64,000 bases of DNA from Diplonema japonicum. Lineage: Eukaryota > Protista > Euglenozoa: Diplonemea. The notes beneath the pieces were generated by a model that saw nothing but the letters and a program-made list of their open reading frames with translations, made no database searches and had not been told where the DNA came from. The stretch is from the NCBI GenBank assembly GCA_964019335.1, contig OZ025722.1, forward strand, positions 413,877 to 477,876. Reading direction: 5' to 3'. Both the position numbers and the translations under genes were made by a program. The first letter of the stretch is position 1; every line of letters begins with the position of its first letter. Positions 34,392-44,847 of the stretch are shown here, one piece after another.

Positions 34392-34456
34392 ATTTATCAC
34401 ACAGGTTTTTTTTTACAATCTTCTTTCCTTTAAAAAAAGAAAAATAAAAAAGAGAA

Positions 34457-35950
34457 ATGTCACGCGCGATTGCTGGATGTGTCCTGCTGCTCGGGTCCCT
34501 CGTCGGGACCGCTGTTGCCCAGACATGCCCCCTCACCTTCGTGGGGGACGTGAAGCAGTTCGTGGTGGAGCAGGAGAACGGGAAGAACCGGCGGACTGTC
34601 CCTGCCGTGGAGAGGGCGATGACAGCGAAGGAGTTCTACGACTACAGTTCTGCGAGCAGCCACACCGGGTTTGAGAAAGAGCGCGTCTCGAACATGTTCC
34701 TCTTCAGGGACCTCAACAACCCCACACACCTGTCCTTCTTCTGGACCCACGGTATCGACGTCCCTGGGAAGCAGCCCACTGCTGCAGTCGACGCTCTCAT
34801 GACGGGTATCCCTGAGGGGGTCACCATCGCCGAGAGGGACGACATTGCGGATGAGTGGGACTGGACCACCCACACCACTCTCGGCAGGATCAACCACCAG
34901 AAGGGGCCCAGCGCACCGTACAGCATCGCCGGCCATTGGAGCTTCGGCAGGAACACCGACGGCGGTGCCATCGAAGGGCTTCCCACGAACCTGAACTGGA
35001 AGCTGAAGATGGAGACCACCTTCATCCAGGGGATCAACATCTGGTCCTTCCACTTCGGCGACGGGTCGACGGCACAGAACATGGACCCCGCTGAGCCTGT
35101 GTACCTGCACCCTGTAGTGACCTCTGTGGACACCGGTGTCGCCCCCTACCCCCAGACAGCAGGGAAGGAGACCTTCTGCACCCTCGTGGAATCGGACAAC
35201 CAGGGTGAGATGCTGACCTTCACCTTCAAGTGGGGCGACGCGACCCCCGACACCGTTGTGACGAAGGCTGCTGGGAGCCTTGCCTGTGCGGAGCACGACT
35301 TCTGCGGTCTCGTGTCGGCGACCTGTGGCGGGACTGCTCCCCGCAAGGTGCGTGTGTTGGTGTCGAGGCCCGCCGGTGGGTGCAGCCCCGTCGACAAGAT
35401 CCTTGCGGACGAGGAAGTGAGCGATGTGAGCTGCACCACCCCTGAGACGGAGGTGATCGTGGGTGGGACCGCCGTCCCTGCAATCGATGTGAACGGGATG
35501 GAGTCCTTCAGCAACAGCGAGGCGGTGCTGACGATGATCCCCGAGAACATGAGGGACATGCAGGTGCACACCCCTGTTGGACCCGTGGCGAAGGGGACCC
35601 CCATGAAGCTCAGCTGCTGCGGGACGGAGGCGTGCGAGTTCATCCTGTCGCACTACCACTGCCCTCCGTGCTCGGGGAAGGTGAACGGTGGCTTCCCCGC
35701 CCTGCTCCCTGTGTCTGGGTTCGAGTCGGCCTCCTGCGCTCCCAAGTGGGGGTTGACGGGGCAAAAAATGGTGTCGTACAAGGTACAGGTGGAGGCAGGG
35801 GGCTCGCTGCTCCTTCCTACGACCACCGAGGAGGCCACCTCCTTCGTGATCTTCAGCAAGGTTGGCGGGCTGGCGGACCCGTGGTGCCAGAAACCGACGA
35901 GGGCTGGGTGTGGCGGTCCCTGTCCCCCTTCCAAGTGCGAGTGTTTGTGA
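34457..35950 (+). CDS. Secreted protein: uncharacterised N-terminal domain, PKD-like domain, Cys-rich C-terminal domain
   Basis: Signal peptide ending AVA-Q; FTFKWGDATPDTVV..AEHDF is PKD-like; no intron needed; strong third-position G/C bias. Confidence 0.8.
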   Translation: MSRAIAGCVLLLGSLVGTAVAQTCPLTFVGDVKQFVVEQENGKNRRTVPAVERAMTAKEFYDYSSASSHTGFEKERVSNMFLFRDLNNPTHLSFFWTHGIDVPGKQPTAAVDALMTGIPEGVTIAERDDIADEWDWTTHTTLGRINHQKGPSAPYSIAGHWSFGRNTDGGAIEGLPTNLNWKLKMETTFIQGINIWSFHFGDGSTAQNMDPAEPVYLHPVVTSVDTGVAPYPQTAGKETFCTLVESDNQGEMLTFTFKWGDATPDTVVTKAAGSLACAEHDFCGLVSATCGGTAPRKVRVLVSRPAGGCSPVDKILADEEVSDVSCTTPETEVIVGGTAVPAIDVNGMESFSNSEAVLTMIPENMRDMQVHTPVGPVAKGTPMKLSCCGTEACEFILSHYHCPPCSGKVNGGFPALLPVSGFESASCAPKWGLTGQKMVSYKVQVEAGGSLLLPTTTEEATSFVIFSKVGGLADPWCQKPTRAGCGGPCPPSKCECL

Positions 35951-36609
35951 TGAGCCAAAACAAACACAACAGCTTTTGTTTTGCGCACCCTTGGGGGTTA
36001 ATTTGATGAACAAAAAAACAGAACAAGCAAAAAAAAAAAAAAAAAAAAGAAACAAACAAATCACTTGGTTTCCAATCATTTCTTCTTTCTCCCTTCTTCT
36101 TCTTCTTCTTCGTCTTCTTCTTCCTATTCCTTTCCTGCCTCCCCTTCTTTATTGAAACTTGGTTTAAAAAAAAAAGATCAGCCTATGAAGCTTTTTTTTT
36201 TTTACCAATGAAAAAGAAGTAGGGGAAAAGAAGAAGAAGAAGAAGAAGAAGAAGAAAAGCCCTCCTCATCAAAAAAAAAAATAAAGACGAAGGTTAAGAT
36301 TTTTGTTCCTCTCTCTTCTTCTTCTTTTTCCTTTTAAGAAAAAGTAAAAAAAGAAGATTATTTTTCCCTATTAGCTTTTCTATTCTCTCTCCCAAAAGGT
36401 TGCTTGTTGCATGGGTTCAAGATACTTTTACGACAAAATAGAAACACTTTTTTATTTAAGTTATCTAAGGAATGGTTGTGCAATTATCTGCGTTACAAGC
36501 TGACCCTTTTTTCTTTTTCTTTCCCCCCTCTTCTTTTTTCTGTAGAGTTAAAAAAGAAGAGGGTGAAAAAAAGAAGAAATTGCGCACGAAACACAGGTTT
36601 TTTTCAAGT

Positions 36610-36642
<33 letters not shown>

Positions 36643-37589
36643 AAGAAGAAAGAATTCATGGTTTTATTTTATTTTGCTCCATATTCGCTAAGTGACCGAC
36701 CAGAACCCGCATTTTGAAGAGCTAAAAAAATTTCTAATTGCTTTTTCTAGGGCTGGAATGGATTTATTTGCGTCCGGGGTCCAATGTTCGACATATGGAA
36801 TTTTTGGGCATTTTTGACTTTTTTTTCCCCAAAAGCCCCCTATAACCCCTTTGGGACATAGGGCAGGTCACTTAGCGAATATGGAGCGTTATTTATTTTT
36901 TTTATTACCTGAATTTATCAGAGAACTGAAAGAAAAATTTAATAGTACTGTGATGGGGGGAAAGAAAAAAGAAACTAGTGGAGAAAAATGTTCACTTCTC
37001 GAAAGGGAACTTCTTCTTTGCTGTGGCTCTTTGGCTCTTAACTAGCTCCACCAGTTTTTTTTCTCTCCCCCCACTACAGCAGAAAAAAATAAAGAAATAA
37101 ATAAATAAAAAAAAGACCAGACTTCTTTTGGTTTCCTTCTTGTTTTCTCACCAACACGGCCAGCTTGGGGTAATTCACTTAGAAATACCCAAAAAAGGTA
37201 AAGTCGAAACTTCACTTCTTTTAAAGCCTCATTTATTCTCTTTTTTTTTGTACTGCCAATGGGTTTTGTCATCCAAACAACATCCCCCCCCCCCCCCCCC
37301 CCCCTCCACTATCGTCGCGAAAATGAAAGTCTCTCCTCCCCATTCTTCTTATGATCGCGATGAGCATGTGAAACAGAACTACTGTCACCATCCTTCCTCT
37401 CTTTTAAACATTTTATTTCTTTCTTTTTGCTTGCTTGTTAAGTCAAGCATTTCTTTTGTTTTCGAGGGCTGTCCTCCCGTGGGACTTGAACCTTCTGTAT
37501 TCTACTTTTCTTTGACCCCCGATTCCACTAGTTTGTCACAATTTCATCAACAAAAAAGGTTTCTCTCTTTTTTTTTTCTTCTTTTAAAC

Positions 37590-39212
37590 ATGAGGGTCTT
37601 ACTTGCAACTATTGCACTGGGGGCCGTGCTTGCCTCTGTGGAGGGGGTCTGCGTGGACAAAACCCTTTCCGATGGGACGGAGTGGCATGACAAGAAACGC
37701 TCCAAGCGCACCTGTTCCTGGTACGCGAAGAAGCGTGTTAAAAGGTGCAAGTTCGGACACAAGAACAGGAACGAGTTGGTGGCGAACGAGGCGTGCTGCG
37801 TGTGCGGTGGGGGGAACACGTTTAACGAGACCGATGTGCCATCATCGCCCAGCCCCCCCACCGGGTGCGGGCCGCGTGTGAGGAAGGGGTGGTCCATGCT
37901 GTCGTGCACGGAGAGGGAGCACTTCATCGAGGCAGTGCGGACGCTGCACTCGGAGAATACCACAGACTACCACGACCTGTCGCAGCTGCACCGGAACAAC
38001 GGGGGGTACGCGCACTGGACTTCTGCCTTCCTCCCCTGGCACCGTTGGTTCCTGATCGGCTACGAGAACGCCCTGCGCTCCCTCCCCGGGTTCGAGTGCG
38101 TGACGGTCCCGTACTGGGACTGGGAGAGGGACGACGCGGAGGAGCGCTTCAGCACACCCTTCAGGGCGAAGACCTTCGGAACGGAGACCGGTGTGGGGGG
38201 CTGGCCCGACTTCTGCGTGACGGAGGGGGTGGCGGCGGGGTGGACGGCGTCGGACGGGGAGTGCCTGTCCAGGAACTGGGGCGGGGCTGGGTTCGCAGGG
38301 GCGATGGAGATCTCGGCGATCATCACCTCAAACGCGGCCTTCCGGAACTTCCGCCCCGCCTTGGAGGGGAACCCGCACGCCGCCCCGCACATCTACGTCA
38401 GCGGCCACATGGGGTCGTACCTGAGCCCCGACGACCCGCTCTTCTTCGTGCACCACGCGAACGTGGACAGGATATGGGCCCTGTGGCAGGACTACCACGG
38501 CTACGATGAGGTCCCGAAGGACGCCCTCAACGAGACCATCTACTTCTCCGCGTCGCCCGCTGAGGACATGAGCCTGGAGGGGGCGCTGCCCTTCAGCGTG
38601 GACGGGAGCAGGATCCCCACCTTCTTCAAGGACCACCCCGCCACCATCCGCGACATGCACAGCATCACAGACCTCCCGTACGGTGCGAGCTACACCTACG
38701 GCACGGACACCCTTGCGGACCTCATCGGGAGCCCCTTGAGGGGGAGCTGGGACCTCGTTGTTCCCGGGACGGCCCCGAAGCTGACGTGCTGCGGGGACGG
38801 GACGGTGGACACTGCGGAGATGGGGGGTGCCGAGGAGTGCGACGACGGGAACACTGTTGATGGGGACGGCTGTTCCTCCACCTGTGTGAGCGAGGGGGGA
38901 GCTTCCAGGGAGGGGGTTGTTCTCAACAACAACAAGAACAAGGACAGTAAGAACAAGAACAACAAGGATACCCACGCTGCGTTCAAGGAGCACTTCCTCT
39001 CAGACAAGAACCTCGAGTTGATGTTCGACGAGGCAGACGCGACGAGGGAGAAGGAAGGGGAGAGCAAGTCTGCTATGTTTATAGACCTTGCGCAGGAGGA
39101 GTGCTACAGGCACTCCACCGGTCAGGACCAGATCCCCGACTCTTTCATCTCCATGATGAGGGCACCGGTCTCCGCTCGTGCGCTGTACAAGCCTTGCGGC
39201 TCTCTGGAGTAG
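37590..39212 (+). CDS. Secreted tyrosinase (type-3 copper) with N-terminal Cys module and Myxococcus-type Cys-rich repeat
   Basis: CuA H..AHWTSAFLPWHR, PYWDW, CuB HAAPH..SPDDPLFFVHHANVDRIW; CGDGTVD..EECDDGNTVDGDGCSSTC; signal peptide from ATG 37590. Confidence 0.95.
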   Translation: MRVLLATIALGAVLASVEGVCVDKTLSDGTEWHDKKRSKRTCSWYAKKRVKRCKFGHKNRNELVANEACCVCGGGNTFNETDVPSSPSPPTGCGPRVRKGWSMLSCTEREHFIEAVRTLHSENTTDYHDLSQLHRNNGGYAHWTSAFLPWHRWFLIGYENALRSLPGFECVTVPYWDWERDDAEERFSTPFRAKTFGTETGVGGWPDFCVTEGVAAGWTASDGECLSRNWGGAGFAGAMEISAIITSNAAFRNFRPALEGNPHAAPHIYVSGHMGSYLSPDDPLFFVHHANVDRIWALWQDYHGYDEVPKDALNETIYFSASPAEDMSLEGALPFSVDGSRIPTFFKDHPATIRDMHSITDLPYGASYTYGTDTLADLIGSPLRGSWDLVVPGTAPKLTCCGDGTVDTAEMGGAEECDDGNTVDGDGCSSTCVSEGGASREGVVLNNNKNKDSKNKNNKDTHAAFKEHFLSDKNLELMFDEADATREKEGESKSAMFIDLAQEECYRHSTGQDQIPDSFISMMRAPVSARALYKPCGSLE

Positions 39213-39761
39213 AGTACAAAAACTATCACCACCCCCGCCATCTTTTCTTGCGGTTTTTTATTTTTTATTTTTAGCTTTTCCCCCTACAAAAAGAAAATCT
39301 TTATTCCTAGTGCACTTTGGGCCGAGTATAGAAAAAAGGGTGAAAGAAAAAAAAAGAAAAAGCACAAAAACTAATTTGCAGTTTTTTTTTTTTTTAATAT
39401 TTTTCTCGAGCTTTATTCTATACTTGTAGCAAAAAAAATGCATTAAGTCGTAAAGGTATTTTCACCTCCCCTTCGCTTCTCTCTTTTATTTATATTTCTT
39501 GTGGTATGGCATGCATGGGGGTGTTGCGAGGCATTCCTCCATCCGCCAGACCACGTATTCGATTGTTCTCCAAAGAAAAATAAAAAAGAGAGTGGAGAAA
39601 AAGAAAAAAAGAAGAAGAAGGAAAGAAAGAAAACCTGGAGTAAAGATTGTAACAATCCTTCAGTTTTATCTCTTAACTTTTCGGCAGGGATTTTTTTTTT
39701 TTTTTTCTTTCTCACTCTCTTTTTTTTTTTTCCTTTCTTGTTTTTTTTTTTTTTTTTTTTT

Positions 39762-41450
39762 GCGGACAGACGGCAGGCCGCAAACCAACGGCGACAGGAC
39801 GGCGGAGGCACTCGGGACGCTGAGCAGGCTGGGAGCAACGCCGTTGCCCTTTCAGCAGAAGGCGAAGATCATCAGCAGCACGATCCTACCGAGCTGCCTC
39901 TACGACTGCCCATTCTCACCGCCGAAAACGGGACAAATGGCCACGCTGGTGAAGGAGACCACGTACGCGCTCTGGGGGCAGAAGTACTGCACCAGGAACC
40001 CAGGCACAGTACTATCCGTGACACTGCCGGGACACACGAGCCACCCACAGATGACAGCCGCATACAGAGCACTTATGCTCCTATACAGAGCCTGCAAGAA
40101 GGACGACAAGCTGTGGACACGCTGCGACGCCATTGCCAAACGGTACAGCGGGAAGAAGATACCGCTGGGACCGGTGGGCATCATGATGGAAAGGTGGCTG
40201 CCTCAGATCAAGTTAAGCTGGGCACAGCTGAAGGACACCCACGCACTGGAAAAGGAGCCCTACAAGCACTACATCAGGGACCGACTCAGGCGGGCGGAAG
40301 CACAGGAAATGAGCAAACGGAGCACCATGGGGGGCATGGAAGCTGCGGCAGCAGCGGAGACCAACGCGCTGTGGAGGAAGCTGGTGGTGACGGACCCGAT
40401 TGCAGCAAGGGACGTGCGAAGGATCATCTCGGGGGCAGTGTTCTACATCAACCCACGGGGATGGCGCACGGACACGGTGGAGCACATCCCGATGGCGGAA
40501 GGAGAAGAAGACGAAGAGAAAGGACAGGACACCGAAAAGTGGCTGATTGCGGAGGCGAGGAAGCAAGAAGCTAAGCAGGCCAAACCCACGACGGCACACT
40601 GCGACATCTGCGGTCAGGAGCAACAGCTGCCCAACATGCTGGAGCACGCACTGTGGAGTGCGAAAAGGCCAAGGAAGTGCAACAGCGGGAAGAACGAAGC
40701 TGCATGGCATCCTGCCAAGGGGAGCAGGGAAGGATGTCAGGGAAAGGCTCGAAGGAACGCAGAGGTACCTGCTGGCGGTGGTGGACAGCCATACAAGCGA
40801 AGAGGCAGGAGGTGTACCACACACACCAGTGGCTGGAGATCACACAAGGTCAAGAACACCCAGTACCGTCGGACAAGGACTTCGGCAAGCTACCGGCAGG
40901 GGATGTCCTACGGGAGTACACGAAGGAGGTGCTGAGGTGGATGTGGTAACTGCGCTGGTATGCAGGCAGCAGAAACACGTCAGTGTCGACGGTGGAGCTG
41001 GCACTGGATTCGAGAACGTGACCGGGAAGACCCTTGGAGGGAAGCTGGGGGATCTCGCAGAAGTACAGCAGAAAGCGAGGAGATTGCATGGACTGATGAA
41101 GAAGATCTGGCACACATGGGAGCTAGGGAGGGTACTGAAGAAGGTGAAAGGAAGGAGGGCCTTCCCAGCTGAGCCGAGCACAAGGGTGCACACACTACGA
41201 TCCATCGGGAGGACAAAGGCGGTGATCGGATGGAACAGGAGGGCGATATTTGCATCACCGAAGACCAAGCATGACCTAGAGGCGTTGAAAGGACAATGGG
41301 CGAGAGAACGAAGAGAAAGAGCGGCCAGGCTGGGGAGAAGGCCGGCAAGACCACCAAAGGAGGAGAAACCGCTGCTGAAAGGGGATAGGTGCAGGTAGAA
41401 GATGAGAACAAGGGGGCGTCTCACAAAGACTTCCTTTAACTCATATATAT
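39762..41450 (+). mobile_element. 5'-truncated, frameshifted non-LTR retrotransposon (post-RT region plus CCHC knuckle)
   Basis: LPFQQKAKIISSTILPSCLY post-RT motif; CDICG..EHALW(EC) across a frameshift; abrupt start after a T-run; 3' end duplicated at 60768-60882. Confidence 0.75.
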
Positions 41451-42209
41451 TTTTTTTTTTTTTTCCTTTTCAATTCGTAGAGTTGGTCTTTGGGATTCCT
41501 TTTTTTTTTCTTTTTTTTTAATTTTTCCCCTCGCGACTCTCTGCTCTTTTCAAGCATTTGCTTAATAGGTTATCTTCCTAGCAAGTTGCGAAAGTACAGC
41601 AGAGACAAGTGTTTGCGAAAGAAAGAAAAAGAAAGTTGACATTTCCCTTTTGCTGATTGCTCTATTCCTCTTTTTTTTTCTATGACCCTTTTCATGTCAT
41701 GGTGTGCATCAACTAGCACCGCTTAACGATGAGTATTCCCAGTGGTTATGGGACCCACAAGGATCAGGCTAGCATTGTGTCACACGTGGATAAAAAGAAA
41801 ACTGGTCTCCTTTAAATATGTTTATTTGTTGCGCTGGCTCCGAAGAAGGCATCCCAACAACATCTTTCATAACGTGAATGGTTTCTCTCTCCTTTTTGCC
41901 TTTCTGCAAGATCACCGAATACAGTTATCTTCTTTTATTTATTTTTTTTTAAATCATTCTTCCTTTACTTCGTATTGTAGAGGTCAGAATGAAGAAGAAA
42001 AAAAAAAAAAAGAACTTCCCTCCCATTTCTTTCTTTCTTTTTGTTCTCTCTCCTTCTTCTTCATATTCATGTTCATGCCTGAATCCCCACCACTACCACC
42101 ACCAGGTTTTTATACGCCCACATAAAACAGACAAAAAAGAGTCGGTTGATTGTTGTTTGTACACAGCCGGCAAAAAGAAGAAAAAGAATAAGGAAGAAAA
42201 AGGCAAAAG

Positions 42210-43766
42210 ATGCAAACTTCAGTGCTTCTAGCGCTAATCCTGAGCCTAGCGGGAGAGGCGGTGGCAGTAGCAGCAGCAGCAGGAAGGTGCACCAACCTGC
42301 AGCTCTCCGGCGGGGGCACCTGGGTGGACAAGCCATACGGGACTGGTTGTGACTGGTACGGCGCGGAGGCGCAGCGCTGCGGGTGGTACGGCTCTCGCTA
42401 CCGGAACGAACACGTGGCAGACGAGGCGTGCTGCGTGTGCGGCGGGGGCGAGACGAGAACGGATACCCCGGTGCCGACCCCTGTTCCGACGGCGGCTCCC
42501 CCTGCTCCACCATCGACGATGTCGGCGAAGGTGTTGGCGAAGTCGAACCTGGTGGCCTTCTGGGACTTCGAGACGAAGGGGCCGACGGGGAACTTTGTGG
42601 CGCAGTCGAACGTGGACAACGAGGGGGCGGAGGGACCTGAAGGGCTGTACCCCGTGTGGCTGCGGAGAGGGGACCACGGAAGCGAGCCGGGGGCGCCAGG
42701 CTACACGGAGGCGACGTGGCCGTCTTCGCACCCCGTGACGGCGAGGAAGGCGGGGGGTCCCTTCAACAACGGGAAGGGTCTGAACGTGAAGGAGACGACC
42801 CTCTACGCGTCGGTGGAGAGGGAGAGCTTCGACAGAACGCCGCTGGACATCAGCGGGGCGGACCCGTTCTCGCTGGTGGCATGGGTGTGGCTCGGGGTGA
42901 ACAGCAACCACCACCACATCGCAGGGATCTGGGACGAGGGGACGTGGGGGAAGTACAGCGGGCAGAGGCAGTACGCCCTGTTCCGGACGGGACGCTACGG
43001 GGACAGGCTGTTCGGGCACATCAGCGCGACGGGGGCGGCGAGCTACCCGCAGGCGGGGACCAGCGGGGACCAGTACGCGAGGATCCGGGCCTTGAACGGG
43101 GCGCACCTGTCTGAGGGGGAGTGGCACCTGCTGGCGATGACGCACGACGGGGCGCAGGCGCAGAGCTCGCAGGACGGTGTGTCGACCCCGAACTCGTACA
43201 AGGAGGGGGAGGAGTGGGTGGAGGAGCGTGTCTACAAGGATGCCTTCAACCCCGTGACGAACCCGAAGGAGTTCTCCTGGGGGGTGTTCCACCCTCTGCG
43301 CTTCGTGGTGAAGTTCAACGGCTACGATGTGACGGCGGACCAGGTGAACGAGCACTACGTGCGCGTGGACCTGAAGTCCCCCGCTGCGCAGCGCACCATC
43401 ACCTACGGGGTGAAGGCCCCCAGCCTGCCCGCCATCGCCTCCCGCACCTACCGGGTGACCTACACCTTCAAGCGCGGGGGTGCCCTTGTTGCTCAAGGCA
43501 GCGGCTCCTTCGACGTCAGGAACAACGCCGGCACCGCCCACCTGAGCCCCTCGCTCGTCGTCGAGGCGGACGACCGCCTGCAGCTGGAGCTGACGCGGGA
43601 CGACGGGACTCGCGTGGGAGGTGTCGTGGAGCACAGGATGGGGCCTGGAGCCGCCTTCTCCTTCGGCCGTATTTTGGGCAAAGGCACAACTATGGTTCTA
43701 GGGGGTGTTGCCATGTATAATAGGGTGCTGTCCGAGGCAGAGCTTCAGGACCTGGCCTCTTTCTAG
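42210..43766 (+). CDS. Secreted LamG/concanavalin-A-like protein with N-terminal Cys module and PT linker
   Basis: Signal peptide; WVD..GCDWY..RC..ADEACCVCGGG; LVAFWDF, FSLVAWV, WHLLAMTHDG, VAMYNRVLSEAEL LamG motifs. Confidence 0.85.
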   Translation: MQTSVLLALILSLAGEAVAVAAAAGRCTNLQLSGGGTWVDKPYGTGCDWYGAEAQRCGWYGSRYRNEHVADEACCVCGGGETRTDTPVPTPVPTAAPPAPPSTMSAKVLAKSNLVAFWDFETKGPTGNFVAQSNVDNEGAEGPEGLYPVWLRRGDHGSEPGAPGYTEATWPSSHPVTARKAGGPFNNGKGLNVKETTLYASVERESFDRTPLDISGADPFSLVAWVWLGVNSNHHHIAGIWDEGTWGKYSGQRQYALFRTGRYGDRLFGHISATGAASYPQAGTSGDQYARIRALNGAHLSEGEWHLLAMTHDGAQAQSSQDGVSTPNSYKEGEEWVEERVYKDAFNPVTNPKEFSWGVFHPLRFVVKFNGYDVTADQVNEHYVRVDLKSPAAQRTITYGVKAPSLPAIASRTYRVTYTFKRGGALVAQGSGSFDVRNNAGTAHLSPSLVVEADDRLQLELTRDDGTRVGGVVEHRMGPGAAFSFGRILGKGTTMVLGGVAMYNRVLSEAELQDLASF

Positions 43767-43840
43767 GTTTAAAAAAGAAAAAAAAAAAAGAAGAAAATAG
43801 CACATTGTTTGTTTATTCTCTTTCTCTCCTCTCTCTTTTC

Positions 43841-43880
<40 letters not shown>

Positions 43881-44525
43881 AGCACTGCTTCTGTGGTTTA
43901 CGGATCGTGCTTAAATTTTTTTGTCTGTGCCTGTCTTTCTTCCATCTTTTTTTTATACAGAAATGGCTGCCTTAGATACGCTACATGACACTTGTTTGTT
44001 TCTTTTTTCGCGTGATATCGTCATTGCTCGTCGTTCGTGCAAGTGACTTCATGTGACACACGTATTTTTTACAACACTACAAAAAAAAGAAAAAGAAAAA
44101 TCCTTTTTTAAAACAATTATTCCCATCTTGTTTTTTGCAGCAGGGTGTGTGACCGCTCCCTCCACGCAGGTGTTTGCTGTTTGTCGTGTTGGGTTCTGGT
44201 GTTTTATGAAGAGCTCTCTCTCACACACCCTCACCCTCACCCTCACCCTCACCCCCCGTTGATCCCTTCTCAATCCACATTTATTTGTTTGTTTTTCAAG
44301 GGCTGTCCCCCCCTTTTCTATTCACCTACTACAATTTTTGTCCCGCTAGACATAAGTCCCCTACTTTTAGGAGATTAAAAAGAAATGAAACTTGCTTCAG
44401 CACATGTTGTTGCAGGCAGCACGACTCAGTTACATTGGTCGTATTCCCCTCCCCCTCGTTGATTCCTTTCTTCTCTTAACTCACGTTTCTTGTTTTTAAG
44501 GGCTGTCCTCCCGTGGGGCTTGTTC

Positions 44526-44567
<42 letters not shown>

Positions 44568-44847
44568 CTGTGGCCCCTCTCCCTATTTCAATTTCCAAGC
44601 TTTCTTTACCTCTCCACTTTTACTTTCTACGGGACCACAGGGGACTTGGGAGGCTTCGGGGCGAAGTTTCACAAGGGTGGCCGCTGTGTCACATACTGCA
44701 TGGCACCACTAAAATCGAGACAACTTTTTTTTTCCCTTTCTTTTTTTTCTTCTTCTTCCCTTTCTTTTAGCCTGCGATTTTTGTCCCGTTTAAAAGAAAA
44801 AAGAAAGAAAAAAAAGAAACAGTTCTGATTTACTACATTCAAAGAAG

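Noticed and set aside
37128-37589. N-terminal extensions from TTG/GTG or upstream starts (also 3824, 7862, 12682, 13988, 19109, 39499)
   Set aside because: Run through polypyrimidine spacer DNA; downstream ATGs give signal peptides or follow AG acceptors
44228-44254. (CCCTCA)4 telomere-variant repeat
   Set aside because: Too short to distinguish from an ordinary microsatellite
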